Shown piece by piece: positions 49,551 to 58,436 of a stretch of DNA of 64,000 nt. Under the pieces are notes generated by a model. That model had not been told where the DNA came from. It ran no database searches and saw only the letters and a program-made list of their open reading frames with translations. A program made the position numbers and the translations under genes. Every line of letters starts with the position of its first letter. Position 1 is the first letter of the stretch. This DNA comes from Limisphaerales bacterium (lineage in GTDB: Bacteria; Verrucomicrobiota; Verrucomicrobiia; Limisphaerales; SXQI01): assembly GCA_044226545.1 (NCBI GenBank), contig JBGAGW010000007.1, positions 557 to 64,556 of the forward strand. Reading direction: 5' to 3'.

Positions 49551-49674
49551 TAACTTCCCGGCAAGATTGCCCGATCCGACGCGATTATCCAATTGCGGAA
49601 ATGCGAGGCGGCGTCAAAGCCTGAACTGCCACATCGCGCTTGCTTCCGGTAGTTGGACCCAGAAGATTCAGCGC

Positions 49675-50154
49675 GTGCAAAAAGGTCGCGTAGCTTCGAT
49701 CCATGTTCATCCCGAAAGGTCCGGCGGTGAGATGATCGCGATGGACCAAATAGAGGTGGTCGCTGAGCGAGGGATTGCTCAGGACAAAAGATACTTCGGT
49801 CGACGCGCAGCGAACGGCCAACCAAGCAAGCGTCAAATGACTTTGATCGAGCGGGAGCAGATCGCGGAGCACGCCGCCACGTTGAGTTGTCCTGTGTTCG
49901 CGCCGGGAGCTGTGCGATCGAATATTGAGACAGAGGGGATGAATCTCGCTCCCTTGAAGGGCCAAACGATTCAGATCGGGAACGCGCGGTTGCTCGTCGG
50001 CGAACCGCGCGATCCGTGCGAAAAGATGGATCGCTTGATGCCAGGTTTGCGCAAGCTCATGGAAGACGACCGCCAGGGAGTGCTGGCCCAGGTCGTCGCT
50101 TCCGGAACGATTCGAGTCGGCGACGAAATCAGCGTTATTTCAGAGCAGACCTAG
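49675..50154 (+). CDS. MOSC domain-containing protein
   Basis: SNIETEGMNL...IGNARLLVGEPRDPCEKMD carries the conserved Cys context of MOSC domains. The start is uncertain; GTG 49675 is chosen and the longest ORF begins at 49534. Confidence 0.7.
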   Translation: MQKGRVASIHVHPERSGGEMIAMDQIEVVAERGIAQDKRYFGRRAANGQPSKRQMTLIEREQIAEHAATLSCPVFAPGAVRSNIETEGMNLAPLKGQTIQIGNARLLVGEPRDPCEKMDRLMPGLRKLMEDDRQGVLAQVVASGTIRVGDEISVISEQT

Positions 50155-51456
50155 CGATTTGAAGCGCGATTCCACCTGTTTGAAGTGGAAATCGAGGCTG
50201 CAAAGCTGATCGAGTTCTTCTTTGCTGAGCAGTTTTGCGACTTCGGGATCAGAAAGGAGCTGCGCTTTGAAATCAGCGCCAGGATTGCCGGCATGTTTCG
50301 CCTCCCAGGTTTTCATGGCGTTGCGCTGGACGAGATCGTATGCCTCCTCACGGGTTAAGCCTTTGCGGATCAGAGCGAGAAGGACGGTCTGTGAATGCCA
50401 CATGCCGAGCGAAAGCTCCATGTTCCGCTTCATGTTTTCGGGATAAACAATGAGGCCTTCGGTGAGCTTCGTGAGGGTGGCCAGCATGTAATCGAGCAGC
50501 GTGCAGGAGTCGGGGAAAATGATGCGTTCGACGGAGCTGTGGCTGATGTCGCGTTCGTGCCAAAGGGCCACATCTTCGAGAGCTGCGACCGCATTTCCGC
50601 GAAGAACACGAGCGAGGCCGGTCAAACGTTCACCGGTGATCGGATTGCGCTTGTGCGGCATGGCGCTCGATCCTTTTTGGCCCTTGGCGAAGAATTCCTC
50701 GGCTTCGAGCACTTCGGTTCGTTGGAGGTGGCGAAATTCTGTGGCCCAGCGCTCGATGCTGGCGCCCACCAGCGCGATTGCGCCGATGAATTCCGCGTGA
50801 ATGTCGCGTTGAATCACCTGCGTCGCGATCGGTGCCGGCCGAAGGCCCAGGTTCCGGCAGACATATTCCTCGATTTTCGGCGATAGATGCGCGCTGGTTC
50901 CAACTGCGCCAGAAATCTTGCCGACGGCTACCGTCTCGCGAGCGCGGCGCAAGCGTTCAAGTGCGCGCCCGAACTCATCATGCATCAGCGCCATTTTGAG
51001 TCCGAACGTAGTGGGCTCCGCATGAATGCCGTGGCTGCGGCCAATCATCGGGGTGCGCATATGTTCGCGGGCTTTCCTGGCGATCACGCCCCGGAGCAGT
51101 TCGAGGTCGGCAATCAGAATATCCGCCGATTGGACCATTTGCACCGCGAAGGCCGTATCGATCACGTCGCTACTGGTCAAACCGAAGTGCAACCAGCGGC
51201 TCGCGGGCGCGCCGATATTTTCCGAGACGTTCGTCGTGAAGGCGATGACGTCGTGGTTCAGCGTTTTTTCGAGTTCCTTGCAACGGTCAATGGAAAAGGC
51301 TGCTTTGGACCGCATCTGTTCGAAGTCCTTTTCCGGGACTATTCCTTCCTGAACGAGCGCTTCGGCGGCGAGCAGTTCGACTTTGAGCCAGATTTCCAGC
51401 TTCCGCTGCTCTGTCCAAATTTCCCGCATGGGTTGTCGTGAATAACGCTGAATCAT
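50140..51456 (-). CDS. purB: Adenylosuccinate lyase
   Basis: MIQRYSRQPMREIW N-terminus, GSSAMPHKRNP signature loop, 438 aa. Confidence 0.95.
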   Translation of the reverse strand: MIQRYSRQPMREIWTEQRKLEIWLKVELLAAEALVQEGIVPEKDFEQMRSKAAFSIDRCKELEKTLNHDVIAFTTNVSENIGAPASRWLHFGLTSSDVIDTAFAVQMVQSADILIADLELLRGVIARKAREHMRTPMIGRSHGIHAEPTTFGLKMALMHDEFGRALERLRRARETVAVGKISGAVGTSAHLSPKIEEYVCRNLGLRPAPIATQVIQRDIHAEFIGAIALVGASIERWATEFRHLQRTEVLEAEEFFAKGQKGSSAMPHKRNPITGERLTGLARVLRGNAVAALEDVALWHERDISHSSVERIIFPDSCTLLDYMLATLTKLTEGLIVYPENMKRNMELSLGMWHSQTVLLALIRKGLTREEAYDLVQRNAMKTWEAKHAGNPGADFKAQLLSDPEVAKLLSKEELDQLCSLDFHFKQVESRFKSLGLL

Positions 51457-51500
51457 GTTTGCAACTTAAGAATGAATTCGAATGAGACCAATAAAGAAAA

Positions 51501-52031
51501 TCACCACCATCGGAGTCGCCGACCGACCCAGCGCAGCAGTAATAAACCGGCGGTCGCCCCGCAGGTATCGATCATCACATCAAAAATGCTCGCCTGGCGG
51601 CTGGAAACGAAGAGTTGGTGAAATTCATCGGTGCAGGCGTAGACCGCAGCACACACAATCGCGATCCAAAATTCCCGCCAAATCCAGCCGGTGGTCCTGT
51701 TTGAGATTCGGCGTCCGCGCCAGACTAATAATGCGAGCACCGCATATTCGCTTAAATGTCCGCTTTTCCGTACGACAGTCTGGACAGCTTTAATGGTTTC
51801 ATCGCTGACGTCGGGTTTGAACCAGCGGAGAATTGGACCGATGAACCGACTGGTGTGACGGGTTGAGCCGAGATCAGTCGAAGCGATGAAAATTACCGCC
51901 ATCCAGAGAACAACGGGCAAGTACGCGCTCCACAGAAAGGATGTCGCTCCTCCGGAGCTTTCGCGATGAGGGACTTCGTTACTATAAACATGTCGCGCCT
52001 CTGGCGTTGAGGCTTCATCCGGAAAAGACAT
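51501..52031 (-). CDS. VanZ family membrane protein
   Basis: Four hydrophobic segments and the TDEFHQLFVSSRQASIFDVMIDTCGA motif typical of VanZ-like proteins. ATG 52029-52031 is chosen to avoid overlap with ptsH. Confidence 0.75.
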   Translation of the reverse strand: MSFPDEASTPEARHVYSNEVPHRESSGGATSFLWSAYLPVVLWMAVIFIASTDLGSTRHTSRFIGPILRWFKPDVSDETIKAVQTVVRKSGHLSEYAVLALLVWRGRRISNRTTGWIWREFWIAIVCAAVYACTDEFHQLFVSSRQASIFDVMIDTCGATAGLLLLRWVGRRLRWW

Positions 52032-52044
52032 AAGGAGCGCGGGA

Positions 52045-52338
52045 TCAGTCCTCGTCGAACTTACGCTTGAGCAAGGCCTCGATCTCGCCCAGCGCCTGGG
52101 CGGCATCGTTGCCGTTTGCCCGGACGCGCAGGCGACAGCCCGGTCCAGCCGCGAGCATCATAAGTCCCATGATGCTCTTGCCGTTGACCATTTCGCCGTC
52201 CTTTTCGACAAAAATGTCGCACTCGAAACGATTGGCCACCTTCACAAACATGGCGGCAGGACGGGCATGCACGCCAAGTTTGTTCGAGACCACGAGGTCT
52301 TTCGTCAGTTCCTTATCTTTCCGCGCTGCGCTCATCAA
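52045..52338 (-). CDS. ptsH: Phosphocarrier protein HPr
   Basis: LGVHARPAA (His-15 context) and NGKSIMGLM (Ser-46 context). 97 aa. Confidence 0.9.
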   Translation of the reverse strand: MMSAARKDKELTKDLVVSNKLGVHARPAAMFVKVANRFECDIFVEKDGEMVNGKSIMGLMMLAAGPGCRLRVRANGNDAAQALGEIEALLKRKFDED

Positions 52339-52396
52339 ATCCGCCTATCATACTGTAGGAATCTGCCGTTTTGCCAAACGTTTTTGGGTTATACCC

Positions 52397-53344
52397 TCAA
52401 ATTTTGTTCGCCCCGCTCATTTTTGCAATGAGGCGGTCATTCAATTCTTTAGCTGGATTGTAGCCGCTGGCGCGCAATTTTGCCTGAAATGCCGCCACTT
52501 CGATCAAACGCGCGAGATCCCGGCCTGGCCGCACCGGGATGATAATCTCCGGAATTTCCACCCCGAGCACCTTGATGAACTGCTCTTCCATTCCGAGGCG
52601 GTCCACGTCGCGCACTTCGTCCCAATTCTTCAAGGTGACGAACAGGTCGACCTTTTTCTCTTTGCGAATGCTCTTCACGCCAAACATCGCGGCGACGTTC
52701 ACAATGCCAATGCCGCGGACCTCCATGTGATTGCGGGTGATCTCCGCGCTTGTGCCGATCACTTCCCGTCCATCGACCAGCGTCACCTTGGTGACATCGT
52801 CCGACACCAAACTGTATCCACGCTCGATCAGGGCGAGCACACTTTCGCTTTTTCCGATTCCGCTTTCGCCGCGAATGATGACGCCGACGCCGAGTATGTC
52901 GACCATGCTGCCCAACTCGCTTCCACGGGGCGCAAACATCATTTCCAGCGCCAACGTCGCGAAGTTGATGAACTTCATGGTGATTTGCGGCGTGTTAAAG
53001 ATGGGAATGTTCCGCTTTTCCGCCACGCGACGGAACTCGCGGTCGGGTTGGAATCCGCGACAAAAGACGAAGCAGGGAATTTTGTGTGAGAGCAGTTCCG
53101 CGTAGCGTTTCTCCCGCTGTTCATTAGGCACTGATTTCAAGAAGTGCGACTCGGCATTCCCAATTACCTGCACGCGTTTGCTCGCGAAATATCGCGTGAA
53201 TCCGGCGAGGGCGAGCCCGGGGCGGTTAACGGTCGGTTCGCGGATGATTCGCTTCAACCCTTCCGCGCCTGCCACCAGATTCAACTGCAGCGAGCTGGAA
53301 TGCTCGGTGTAAAAGCGCTCCACCGTAACGAGATCGCGTTGCAT
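52397..53344 (-). CDS. hprK: HPr kinase/phosphorylase
   Basis: Walker A GESGIGKSE and the LVSDD signature. ATG 53342-53344 is chosen (315 aa). Confidence 0.9.
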   Translation of the reverse strand: MQRDLVTVERFYTEHSSSLQLNLVAGAEGLKRIIREPTVNRPGLALAGFTRYFASKRVQVIGNAESHFLKSVPNEQREKRYAELLSHKIPCFVFCRGFQPDREFRRVAEKRNIPIFNTPQITMKFINFATLALEMMFAPRGSELGSMVDILGVGVIIRGESGIGKSESVLALIERGYSLVSDDVTKVTLVDGREVIGTSAEITRNHMEVRGIGIVNVAAMFGVKSIRKEKKVDLFVTLKNWDEVRDVDRLGMEEQFIKVLGVEIPEIIIPVRPGRDLARLIEVAAFQAKLRASGYNPAKELNDRLIAKMSGANKI

Positions 53345-53426
53345 GGCGCGAGAGTAGGGGAACGCATTGAACAGAGCGAGTCTTTCGACTCTGGCCAGCA
53401 CCGGGAATTTTGGTTATGAAAGTTGA

Positions 53427-54209
53427 ATGGCTTCACGTTTGAAAGATAAGTGGGTTTTGATCACGGGCGCCTCGGCTGGTTTCGGCGCGGCGGCGGCGCG
53501 GGCTTTTGCGCGGGAGGGGTGCAATCTTCTGCTGGGAGCACGGCGGACCGACCGGATCACCGCGCTGGCGGAGGAATGCCGCACACTGGGCGCGCATAGT
53601 GCGCAAGCGCATTTCCTGGATGTGGCCAAGACAACCAGCGTGGATACCTACACGAATTGGGCGAGAACCTGTACGAATCGAATCGATGTCTTGATCAATA
53701 ACGCAGGGGGCGCGCACGGGCTTGATCCCGTGGCGACGGCGAAGGATTCGGATTGGGAAGCGATGTTCGAAAGCAATGTGCTGGGCGTTCTTCGCGTCAC
53801 CCGCGCGATTCTTCCACTGATGAAGGATACGCAGGGTTCGATCATCAATATTGGTTCGGTGGCAGGTCGCGTGGCCTACGAAGGAGGCGCGGCTTATTGC
53901 GGCGCGAAAGCAGCGGAATTGCAGATCACCCGAGCGTTGCGGCTGGAACTGAGCGGCACCGGGCTGCGTGTTTCCACGGTCGATCCCGGGATGGCCGAGA
54001 CGGAATTTTCAGTCGTTCGCTTTAAAGGCGATGCGGACAAAGCGAAGAAAGTTTATGAAGGAGTCGAGCCTTTGACAGCGGAGGATATAGCCGAGACTTT
54101 GGTGTGGGTGGCGAGTCGTCCGCACCACGTCTGCATCGACGAGATGTTGATCAAGTGCACGGATCAAGCCGCGATTCATAAAGTTCATCGACGTCTGGTA
54201 GCGAAGTAA
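53427..54209 (+). CDS. Short-chain dehydrogenase/reductase (YdfG-like NADP-dependent 3-hydroxy acid/serine dehydrogenase type)
   Basis: ITGASAGFGAAAA cofactor motif, NNAG, and the YCGAKAA catalytic Tyr-x3-Lys. Confidence 0.85.
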   Translation: MASRLKDKWVLITGASAGFGAAAARAFAREGCNLLLGARRTDRITALAEECRTLGAHSAQAHFLDVAKTTSVDTYTNWARTCTNRIDVLINNAGGAHGLDPVATAKDSDWEAMFESNVLGVLRVTRAILPLMKDTQGSIINIGSVAGRVAYEGGAAYCGAKAAELQITRALRLELSGTGLRVSTVDPGMAETEFSVVRFKGDADKAKKVYEGVEPLTAEDIAETLVWVASRPHHVCIDEMLIKCTDQAAIHKVHRRLVAK

Positions 54210-55150
54210 TGCCTAGCGAAGCAATGCCCAGCACCGCCGCAACAGCGAACAGTCTCGCGCCCGAACGCGGCGAATCGTCCGCTGCGGTCGTTGCATTGAT
54301 GCCCACATTCCTGGCGATTGCCTGGCTGGTTTCCAAAGCTCAATGGTACTGGAACCACCGACCGGATATGCAATTCGGTTGGATCGTGCTGATGCTTTGC
54401 GCGTTTGTGATCTGGGATCAATGGGCGAAGCGTCCCAGGCCAGCCTGGCGAATGAATCCACTCTTCGTTCTCGCCGGTGTGGCAGGACTCGCAGTCCTTT
54501 TCGTGATGCAACTTTATCAGGCTGCGTTTGGCTTGATGCCAGCGGTGATGATGGGGCTGACCGTAGGAGCGTACGCCGTCGCGACGGCTAATATTCATTA
54601 CGTCTACGGTTGGGCTGGGCTCAGGTTTTACGCGTTTCCTCTGCTCTTCTTTTTGATCGCCCTTCCACTGCCTTCTTTCATTTACACGCCGCTGGTAAAC
54701 GGCCTGCAGCAGAAGATTGCCTCGGCGAACGTTGAAATTCTGAATCTGATCGGCATCCCGGCGCAGCGCAGCGGCAGCTTGATCGAACTGCCCAACGGCA
54801 CTGTCGGTGTGAATGAAGCCTGCAGTGGAATCCGTAGTTTGCAATCGACTGTAATGGCGACACTTTTTATTGGTTATCTCACGCTGCAGCGTCGCTTCCT
54901 CCAGATCGCATTGTTGTTCTGTGGCGTGTTTTTCGCGATAGCCGGGAATCTTGTTCGCTCACTCTACCTGAGTCTCACGGCAAATTCCAAAGGGGTAGCC
55001 GCTGTGGAAAAAGTCCACGACAGCGCCGGATGGACAATTCTCCTCTTCACAGCGGTATCGGTGGCTTTGACGGCTTGGCTTTTCAATCTGCTGGAGAAAC
55101 GTGTGGCGCTGGAACAGGCAAAGGTTCAACCGCCGGGTGCTCCGAGTTGA
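54209..55150 (+). CDS. Exosortase/archaeosortase-family transpeptidase
   Basis: Polytopic membrane protein with NEACSGIRSL (catalytic Cys codon at 54821-54823), GNLVRS (conserved Arg) and HDSAGW (conserved His). The start is ATG 54209, which overlaps the SDR stop by 1 nt, or ATG 54299. Confidence 0.8.
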   Translation: MPSEAMPSTAATANSLAPERGESSAAVVALMPTFLAIAWLVSKAQWYWNHRPDMQFGWIVLMLCAFVIWDQWAKRPRPAWRMNPLFVLAGVAGLAVLFVMQLYQAAFGLMPAVMMGLTVGAYAVATANIHYVYGWAGLRFYAFPLLFFLIALPLPSFIYTPLVNGLQQKIASANVEILNLIGIPAQRSGSLIELPNGTVGVNEACSGIRSLQSTVMATLFIGYLTLQRRFLQIALLFCGVFFAIAGNLVRSLYLSLTANSKGVAAVEKVHDSAGWTILLFTAVSVALTAWLFNLLEKRVALEQAKVQPPGAPS

Positions 55151-55151
55151 T

Positions 55152-55805
55152 ATGCGCTTATTAATTACGCTCGGTCCTACTTACGAACCACTGGATGAAG
55201 TTCGGCGACTGACCAATTTCTCCACCGGGACGCTGGGCACGCAGCTTGCCAATCATTTCGTGGAGAATGGGCATGAGGTCACCGCGCTGCGGGGATATTA
55301 TGCGATCTGTACTCAAGAGCTGAAAACGAAAGAGGTGCGGGAATTTACCACCACGGAAAATCTTTTGGCGCAGCTTCGCTATTGTTCAGGCCAGCAGTAT
55401 GACGCCCTGTTTCACGCCGCGGCCGTTTCGGATTTCAAATTCGGACAGGTGTTTGAAAGGCTGGCCGACGGTCAACTGGAACCGCTGAGCTCGGGCAAGT
55501 TCAGTACGCGTTCAGGCGTGTTGATGGCAGAACTTGTTCCTACGCCCAAAATTATTTCCGAGCTGCGAGGTTTTTTTCCGCAATCAAAACTATTCGGCTG
55601 GAAGTACGAAGTCGAAGGAGGCAACGCTGGAGCTTTGAGCGCAGGCAAAAGGCAGCTTTCCGCGAACAACACAGATTATTGCGTGGTCAATGGCGAAGCG
55701 TACGGGCCGGGCTTTGGCGTGCTCGCAAAAGATGGTTCTCTTGAACACGCTGCTGATGCCTCTGCGCTCAGCGAGCTGCTGCTTCGCTTTGCGTCAAATC
55801 GCTAG
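55152..55805 (+). CDS. Standalone CoaB-like protein (phosphopantothenate-cysteine ligase / DFP C-terminal domain family)
   Basis: LITLGPTYEPLDEVRRLTNFSTG, AAVSDFKF and LVPTPKII align with CoaB signature regions (ITAGPTxExxDPVRxxxNxSSG, AAVADY). No CoaC flavoprotein half is present. The ATG is 1 nt after the exosortase stop. Confidence 0.75.
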   Translation: MRLLITLGPTYEPLDEVRRLTNFSTGTLGTQLANHFVENGHEVTALRGYYAICTQELKTKEVREFTTTENLLAQLRYCSGQQYDALFHAAAVSDFKFGQVFERLADGQLEPLSSGKFSTRSGVLMAELVPTPKIISELRGFFPQSKLFGWKYEVEGGNAGALSAGKRQLSANNTDYCVVNGEAYGPGFGVLAKDGSLEHAADASALSELLLRFASNR

Positions 55806-56477
55806 TTCCCAGTTTTTCTTCTGCGATACGCGGAAGATTTCGGTCGGCGAGCCCTGCTTCACGATTCGTCCACGACGCATCACCAGAACTTCGTCGCAGA
55901 GTTCCACGATTTCGTTGGCGTCGTGCGCGACGTAAACGATCGGCGTTCCAAAATGGTCACGCACGCGTCGGAAAAGATCCAACCCGCGTTCCTTGAGCTC
56001 GCGGTCGAGGTTGCTCAACGGTTCATCGAGCAAAAGAAGTGCTGGCGTGGTGACGAGAGCGCGGCCGATTGCGACGCGCTGTTTTTCGCCGCCAGAAAGC
56101 TTTGCGGGCATCCTCTCAAGCAGTGGTTCCAGTTCGAATTCTCGCAAAACGTGTTCGAATTCCGCACTTTCATGGCCGCCGTAAAGAAGATTCTGGCGGG
56201 CGGTTAGGTGTGGGAATAGTGCAAGATCTTGTGGAACATAGGCGATGTGTCGTTGTTCAGGTGGAACATTTGTGCCGCGATGAAAAACAGTCTTTTTACC
56301 GACTGTAATCACCCCATGTTGTGGTTTTCGCAATCCGGCGATCAATTCGAGAAGCGTTGTCTTACCAGCGCCAGAAGGACCAAAAAGTCCGGTCACTTTC
56401 TGATTCAATTCAAACTCGGCGTCGAGTTCGAACTCATCGAGTGCAATTTTCAGTTCCTTGACCGCAAGTAGGCTCAC
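55794..56477 (-). CDS. modC: Molybdate-type ABC transporter ATP-binding protein (short form without C-terminal TOBE domain)
   Basis: Walker A GPSGAGKTT, LSGGEKQRVAIGRAL and LLLDEPLSNLD. It overlaps the modB stop by 4 nt. At 227 aa it ends directly after the ABC domain. Confidence 0.75.
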   Translation of the reverse strand: MSLLAVKELKIALDEFELDAEFELNQKVTGLFGPSGAGKTTLLELIAGLRKPQHGVITVGKKTVFHRGTNVPPEQRHIAYVPQDLALFPHLTARQNLLYGGHESAEFEHVLREFELEPLLERMPAKLSGGEKQRVAIGRALVTTPALLLLDEPLSNLDRELKERGLDLFRRVRDHFGTPIVYVAHDANEIVELCDEVLVMRRGRIVKQGSPTEIFRVSQKKNWELAI

Positions 56478-57142
56478 AACGCTTTCCTCCGCGTGAGGAA
56501 CTCGCTCACCAGAACGGCGGTGAAGGAGAAGCCAATCGAGATCAGCACCAACCGTGCTGCGGCATCGTCGTGACCAAGCTGAATCAGGTTGTAAATCGTC
56601 ACGGATAAAGTCGCTGTCTTTCCCGGAATGGCGCCTGCGATCAGCATCGTTGCTCCGAATTCACCCAGCGCTCGTGCGAAAGCGAGCACTGCGCCTCCTA
56701 AAATTCCTCGCATAGCGAGGGGCAAAGTGATTGAGAAGAATACGCGGCTCGGAGTTGCGCCGAGCGTTCGAGCGACCTGTTCCAGCCGCGGATTCACCTC
56801 GGCAAAAGCGATCCGCGCCGCGCGGACGAGGAGGGGAAAGGACATGACGCCGAGCGCAATGAGGACGCCGCGCCAGGTAAAAACAATTTCCAGGTTTAAA
56901 TGCCGTTCCAGGAAGCTCCCAATCGCGCCCCTGCGGCCAAAGAGTTTGAGCAGGATCAAACCGGTTGCCACTGGGGGAAGAACCAACGGCAACATGACGG
57001 CCGTTTCGATGAGCGTTTTTCCCGGCCAACCTTTTCGCGCCAGAAGCCACGCCAGGATAACGCCGGGCGGCAGAATCACCACGGTCGCGAGCAGCGATAC
57101 GCCGAGCGTAAACCAGATGATGCGGAGATCAGCCGTTTCCAT
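56474..57142 (-). CDS. modB: Molybdate ABC transporter permease
   Basis: CysTW/ModB-type permease with the EAA-loop region ARTLGATPSRVFFSITLPLA. 222 aa. Confidence 0.85.
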   Translation of the reverse strand: METADLRIIWFTLGVSLLATVVILPPGVILAWLLARKGWPGKTLIETAVMLPLVLPPVATGLILLKLFGRRGAIGSFLERHLNLEIVFTWRGVLIALGVMSFPLLVRAARIAFAEVNPRLEQVARTLGATPSRVFFSITLPLAMRGILGGAVLAFARALGEFGATMLIAGAIPGKTATLSVTIYNLIQLGHDDAAARLVLISIGFSFTAVLVSEFLTRRKAL

Positions 57143-57884
57143 TCCTGGTCGCCGCAGGCAGAACGATGAAGCCGGATTTTTCGAAGATCTTCGTGGCCGC
57201 CGGGGCTTGCAAGTACTGCCAGAATTCGTCCGCAGCCGCAGGATTTCGCGATTCGGTCATAATTGCGAGTGGATACGAAATGCGCGGTCCAGCGCTTGCG
57301 GGGACCTCATATCCCACCTTCACCTTCCTTGAAATTGCCGCATCTGTTTTGTAAACGATAGCCGCTTCTACGTTGCCACTTTCCACCGCGGCGAGGGCGG
57401 CCCGCACGTTCTCCGTAGGAACGACCTTCTCCTTCAATTCCTCCCAGAGATGTTCCTGCTCAAGATATTTCTTGGCGTATATCCCTGCGGGGACGGTATT
57501 CGGCTCGGCCAGCGCAATCCTTCTGACCTGTCGCAGATCGGCTGAGCTCCTAAGCGACGATTCCGTCGGAACCGCTATCACCAGCGAATTCGAGAGAAGG
57601 CTGCGCCGCGATTCCTTCCGGATAAGGTTCTTCGCTCCCAGTTGGTCCATCTTTTCTTCGTCCGCCGAGAAGAACAGATCGGCGCGAGCGCCCTCCTGAA
57701 TCTGGCGCGCCAGCGTGGAAGATGCCGCGAAATTAAAACTCACGTGATCTCCGGTGTTTTTCTCGTAAGCGGATGCGATCTCTTTCAACGCATCGCTCAA
57801 ACTAGCCGCAGCAAAGACGGCCAACTCCGCCGCGCTCGCGGAGAGACTGAAGAGGATCATCCACAAAATGACCACCGTTCGCAT
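57129..57884 (-). CDS. modA: Molybdate ABC transporter substrate-binding protein
   Basis: Signal peptide MRTVVILWMILFSLSASA, then ELAVFAAASLSDALKEI...FNFAASSTLARQI typical of ModA. ATG 57882-57884 is chosen. Confidence 0.85.
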   Translation of the reverse strand: MRTVVILWMILFSLSASAAELAVFAAASLSDALKEIASAYEKNTGDHVSFNFAASSTLARQIQEGARADLFFSADEEKMDQLGAKNLIRKESRRSLLSNSLVIAVPTESSLRSSADLRQVRRIALAEPNTVPAGIYAKKYLEQEHLWEELKEKVVPTENVRAALAAVESGNVEAAIVYKTDAAISRKVKVGYEVPASAGPRISYPLAIMTESRNPAAADEFWQYLQAPAATKIFEKSGFIVLPAATRNGNG

Positions 57885-57932
57885 AGGGCCGCCATTCCAA
57901 CGGATTTTGGGCGTTGCCGACAAGCACGGATT

Positions 57933-57953
57933 GGGGCGTTTGACGAACGCCCC
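57933..57953. promoter_or_regulatory. Perfect 8-bp palindrome GGGGCGTT-N5-AACGCCCC in the modA/NUDIX divergent intergenic region
   Basis: Read directly from the sequence at 57933-57940 and 57946-57953. It lies about 50 nt upstream of the modA start and about 25 nt upstream of the NUDIX start. It could be an operator or a 5'-UTR hairpin. Confidence 0.2.
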
Positions 57954-57976
57954 TGCTGGCTCCACAGTCCGCCCGC

Positions 57977-58432
57977 GTGGCGCATATTCACGAGAAGATC
58001 GATTTCACGGTCGCCGTTTTCATTGTCGAGAACGGCCGGGTGCTTCTGGTGCATCATCGCAAGTTGAACAAGTGGCTGCCGATTGGCGGACACATTGAAC
58101 TCGACGAAGATCCGGAGCAAGCGGCGTTGCGCGAAGCTGAGGAAGAGAGCGGGTTCGAGGTTGAACTGATCGGTGAACGCCCGCCCACGACCGAGCCGGG
58201 CACCCGGGCCCTGATCGCGCCGCGGTTTCTCGACATTCACCGCATTAACGAGACGCACGAACATATAGGGCTGATCTATTGGGCACGGCCGAAGAATGGC
58301 ACCCTCGCACTTGCAGCCGAGGAACACCATGACATAGCTTGGCGCACTGCGGAAGAACTTGATGGGCTCGTCCCGCCGATGTCGAACGCGGTGAAATGGT
58401 ACTGCCGTAAAGCGATTGAGGAGTTGAGCTGA
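57977..58432 (+). CDS. NUDIX hydrolase
   Basis: Nudix box GGHIELDEDPEQAALREAEEESG. GTG start at 57977. Confidence 0.85.
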   Translation: MAHIHEKIDFTVAVFIVENGRVLLVHHRKLNKWLPIGGHIELDEDPEQAALREAEEESGFEVELIGERPPTTEPGTRALIAPRFLDIHRINETHEHIGLIYWARPKNGTLALAAEEHHDIAWRTAEELDGLVPPMSNAVKWYCRKAIEELS

Positions 58433-58436
58433 TCCT

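Noticed and set aside
57885-57976. Possible molybdenum-cofactor riboswitch upstream of modA.
   Set aside because: The whole spacer is only 92 nt, shorter than the Moco RNA motif as I recall it. Apart from one 8-bp hairpin, I see none of the multi-stem architecture. Only the palindrome is retained.
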